This document shows positions 62,200 through 64,000 of a DNA stretch of 64,000 bases, piece after piece. The stretch is from Vicugna vicugna (Eukaryota). How positions within the stretch are numbered: the stretch's first letter is position 1; the number at the start of each line of letters is the position of its first letter. Below the pieces are notes generated by a model, which did no database searches, was not told where the DNA came from, and saw only the letters and a program-made list of their open reading frames with translations. Both the position numbers and the translations under genes were made by a program. The stretch spans positions 310,001 through 374,000 of the forward strand of contig MU058475.1 of the NCBI GenBank assembly GCA_013265495.1. The letters run 5' to 3'.

Positions 62200-63300
62200 G
62201 TGCTGCTTTCCAAGGTAATCACATTGTGGTCAGGAACTGTGGTTTGGACGATGATTCGCTGAAGTTGGTTCATGATGTTTTAAGGTCTAGCATGTGATCA
62301 GTTTTTATGAAGGTACCATCCATACAGGAGAGCATGGACATTCTTGAGTTGTTGGGTTCTCTGTTCCCTAGTCTTCAACAGGTCAAGCTAGTTTACATAC
62401 TCCAAATCTTTACTGATTTTCTGTCTACTGAGAGAGGTATGTTAAAATGTCCCACTATGATGGTGTATTTGTCAACTTCTCTTTGTAGTTATGTCAATTT
62501 TTACTCTGTATATTTTGAAGTTATGTTTGGAAGGGCATACAAGTCTGCAACGATCAAATCTTCTAAGAAATGTACCTTCTATTTCTCTATCTTTGATAAT
62601 ACCTTTTTCCTTGAAGTCTGTTGTAATGTCATTATGGCAGCTTTCCTTTGGTTAATATATACCTGCTGGATCTTTCTCTCTCCTTTCCCCTTCCCCTTTC
62701 TGGGGCCTTCTGTAAGTGGTGGTATAATAGAGCGATTTAAAAGTATGGACTCCAGGTGGAGTTTGCCTGGTTTTTAAATCATGACTGTGCCACTCCGGTT
62801 ATGTGACCTTGGGCAAGTTATTTAACTTCTTTATGACTGAATTTTCTTATCAAAAGAGTGCCTGTCCCTCCGGGATGCTGGGAGGAGTAAAAGAACTAAC
62901 ATAAACAGTGCTTGGCATATAGTGAGCACATGTAAGTGTTCACTATAATGATTAGATATAGTTCTTACAGACAGGGTATTGCTGGATTTTTTTTCAAACT
63001 TACTCTGAAAATCTTTGTCAATTTGTTTAAGAGTTTGGCACATTTACATTTGTCTTGATTATGACGTGTTTTTATCCATTTACATTATCTTATTTTATGC
63101 CACTTGTCCTATCTTTTCTGTCTGCCCACCCTCTTCCATCCTTTCTTGCCTTCTGTAAGATCAGTTGCATTTTTACTCTTCATTTCACTTTTCCCCCCTA
63201 ACAGTTTGGACATTATGCACTTTAGTTCTGTTTTTTCAGTAGTTACCATAGATATTTTGGTATCTATATTGAACTTAACAGACTCCTCTAGAACACTAAA
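62200..63300 (-). mobile_element. Ancient L1M remnant interrupted by a MIR
   Basis: ACTGAGAGAGGTATGTTAAAATGTCCCACTATGATGGTG is the antisense L1 endonuclease region. Confidence 0.7.
62720..62950 (+). mobile_element. MIR SINE
   Basis: TGTGACCTTGGGCAAGTTATTTAACTTCT core; ACAGTGCTTGGCATATAGT tail. Confidence 0.8.
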
Positions 63301-63530
63301 AGGAAACTGTAAAATGTATAAAACACTGATGTCAGTCACACCGCTCCTGGATTGCCCATGCTTCTGGTTCCAGTTTGAGGGTTTTTTTTTAACCCCACAG
63401 ATTAAGGCGCAAAGTAGGGAGTGCCAGGTCTTAAACAGGGCTTGTCTTGGAGGTGTGAGAGGCTCTCTCGAGTCCTGTCGGCAACCCTTTCGCTTAGCCC
63501 AGGAGTGGAAGCCACGTCACTGAAGTGCTC

Positions 63531-63760
63531 TTTTTTTTTTTTTTTATTGAGGTCTAGTCAGTTTATAATGTTGTGTCAATTTCTGGTGTACAGCACAGTG
63601 CTCCAGTCATACATGAACATACATATATTCGTTCTCATATTCTTGTTCACCGTAAACTGCTACAAGATATTGAATATAGTTCCCTGTGCTCTGCAGTATA
63701 AACTTGTTTATCTGTTTTATATATACCTTTCAGTAGGGAATAAATTGGGAGTTTGAGATT
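63531..63760 (-). mobile_element. Short young L1 3' end with a 5' inversion
   Basis: TSD TGAAG(T/C)GCTCTT starting at 63521 and 63761; 63735-63760 is L1 3' UTR sequence in the opposite orientation. Confidence 0.85.
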
Positions 63761-64000
63761 TGAAGCGCTCTTGATGTAATGAGATCAGGTATGTGGAAGC
63801 CCTTGCAAACTGTTAAGTGCTACATCAACAGGGAGTGCCCGCACTGGTTGATTTTTATGTAGAAGATGAGGCATCTGTGCTGCTAATCTTCATAACCTAC
63901 AAAAGATTCCTTCCTCCTCCCAGCATCTACTTATGTTTCCTCTGCTTGCATTTGCATGCAAATCAGCCTTTTCCTCTTCAAAGGAGTCCACTGAACCAGA

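Overview
Mammalian genomic DNA, most likely camelid, judged from five tRNA-derived SINEs (GGGGAGGGTATAGCTCAGTGGTAGAG... head) and many young artiodactyl-type L1 3' ends. It is a repeat-rich intergenic or intronic stretch. It contains at least nine ERV1-type solo LTRs (seven with readable 4-bp target-site duplications), two MER21 LTRs, several MaLR/MLT LTRs, old and young L1 fragments, MIR, and DNA transposons (MER45A, MER20, MER81 and Tigger13a-like). I recognise no protein-coding gene and treat the ORF track as almost entirely spurious. The non-repeat islands hold four CpG/GC-rich promoter-like patches (about 14.4, 21.2, 25.4 and 49.2 kb) and several motif-dense enhancer-like stretches. The best leads are (1) an LTR with a phased CCAAT array, octamers, a TATA box, a degenerate poly(A) signal and downstream splice sites, (2) a possible small or decayed RFX/NRF1-driven gene at 21.2-25.2 kb, (3) a chimeric retrotransposed insertion at 46.65-47.0 kb, (4) a cluster of 5' splice sites after the 14.4 kb promoter, and (5) a near-perfect 501-bp tandem duplication. 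Repeat family names come from remembered consensus sequences, not from a database search. I found no evidence of a prokaryote-style novel system.
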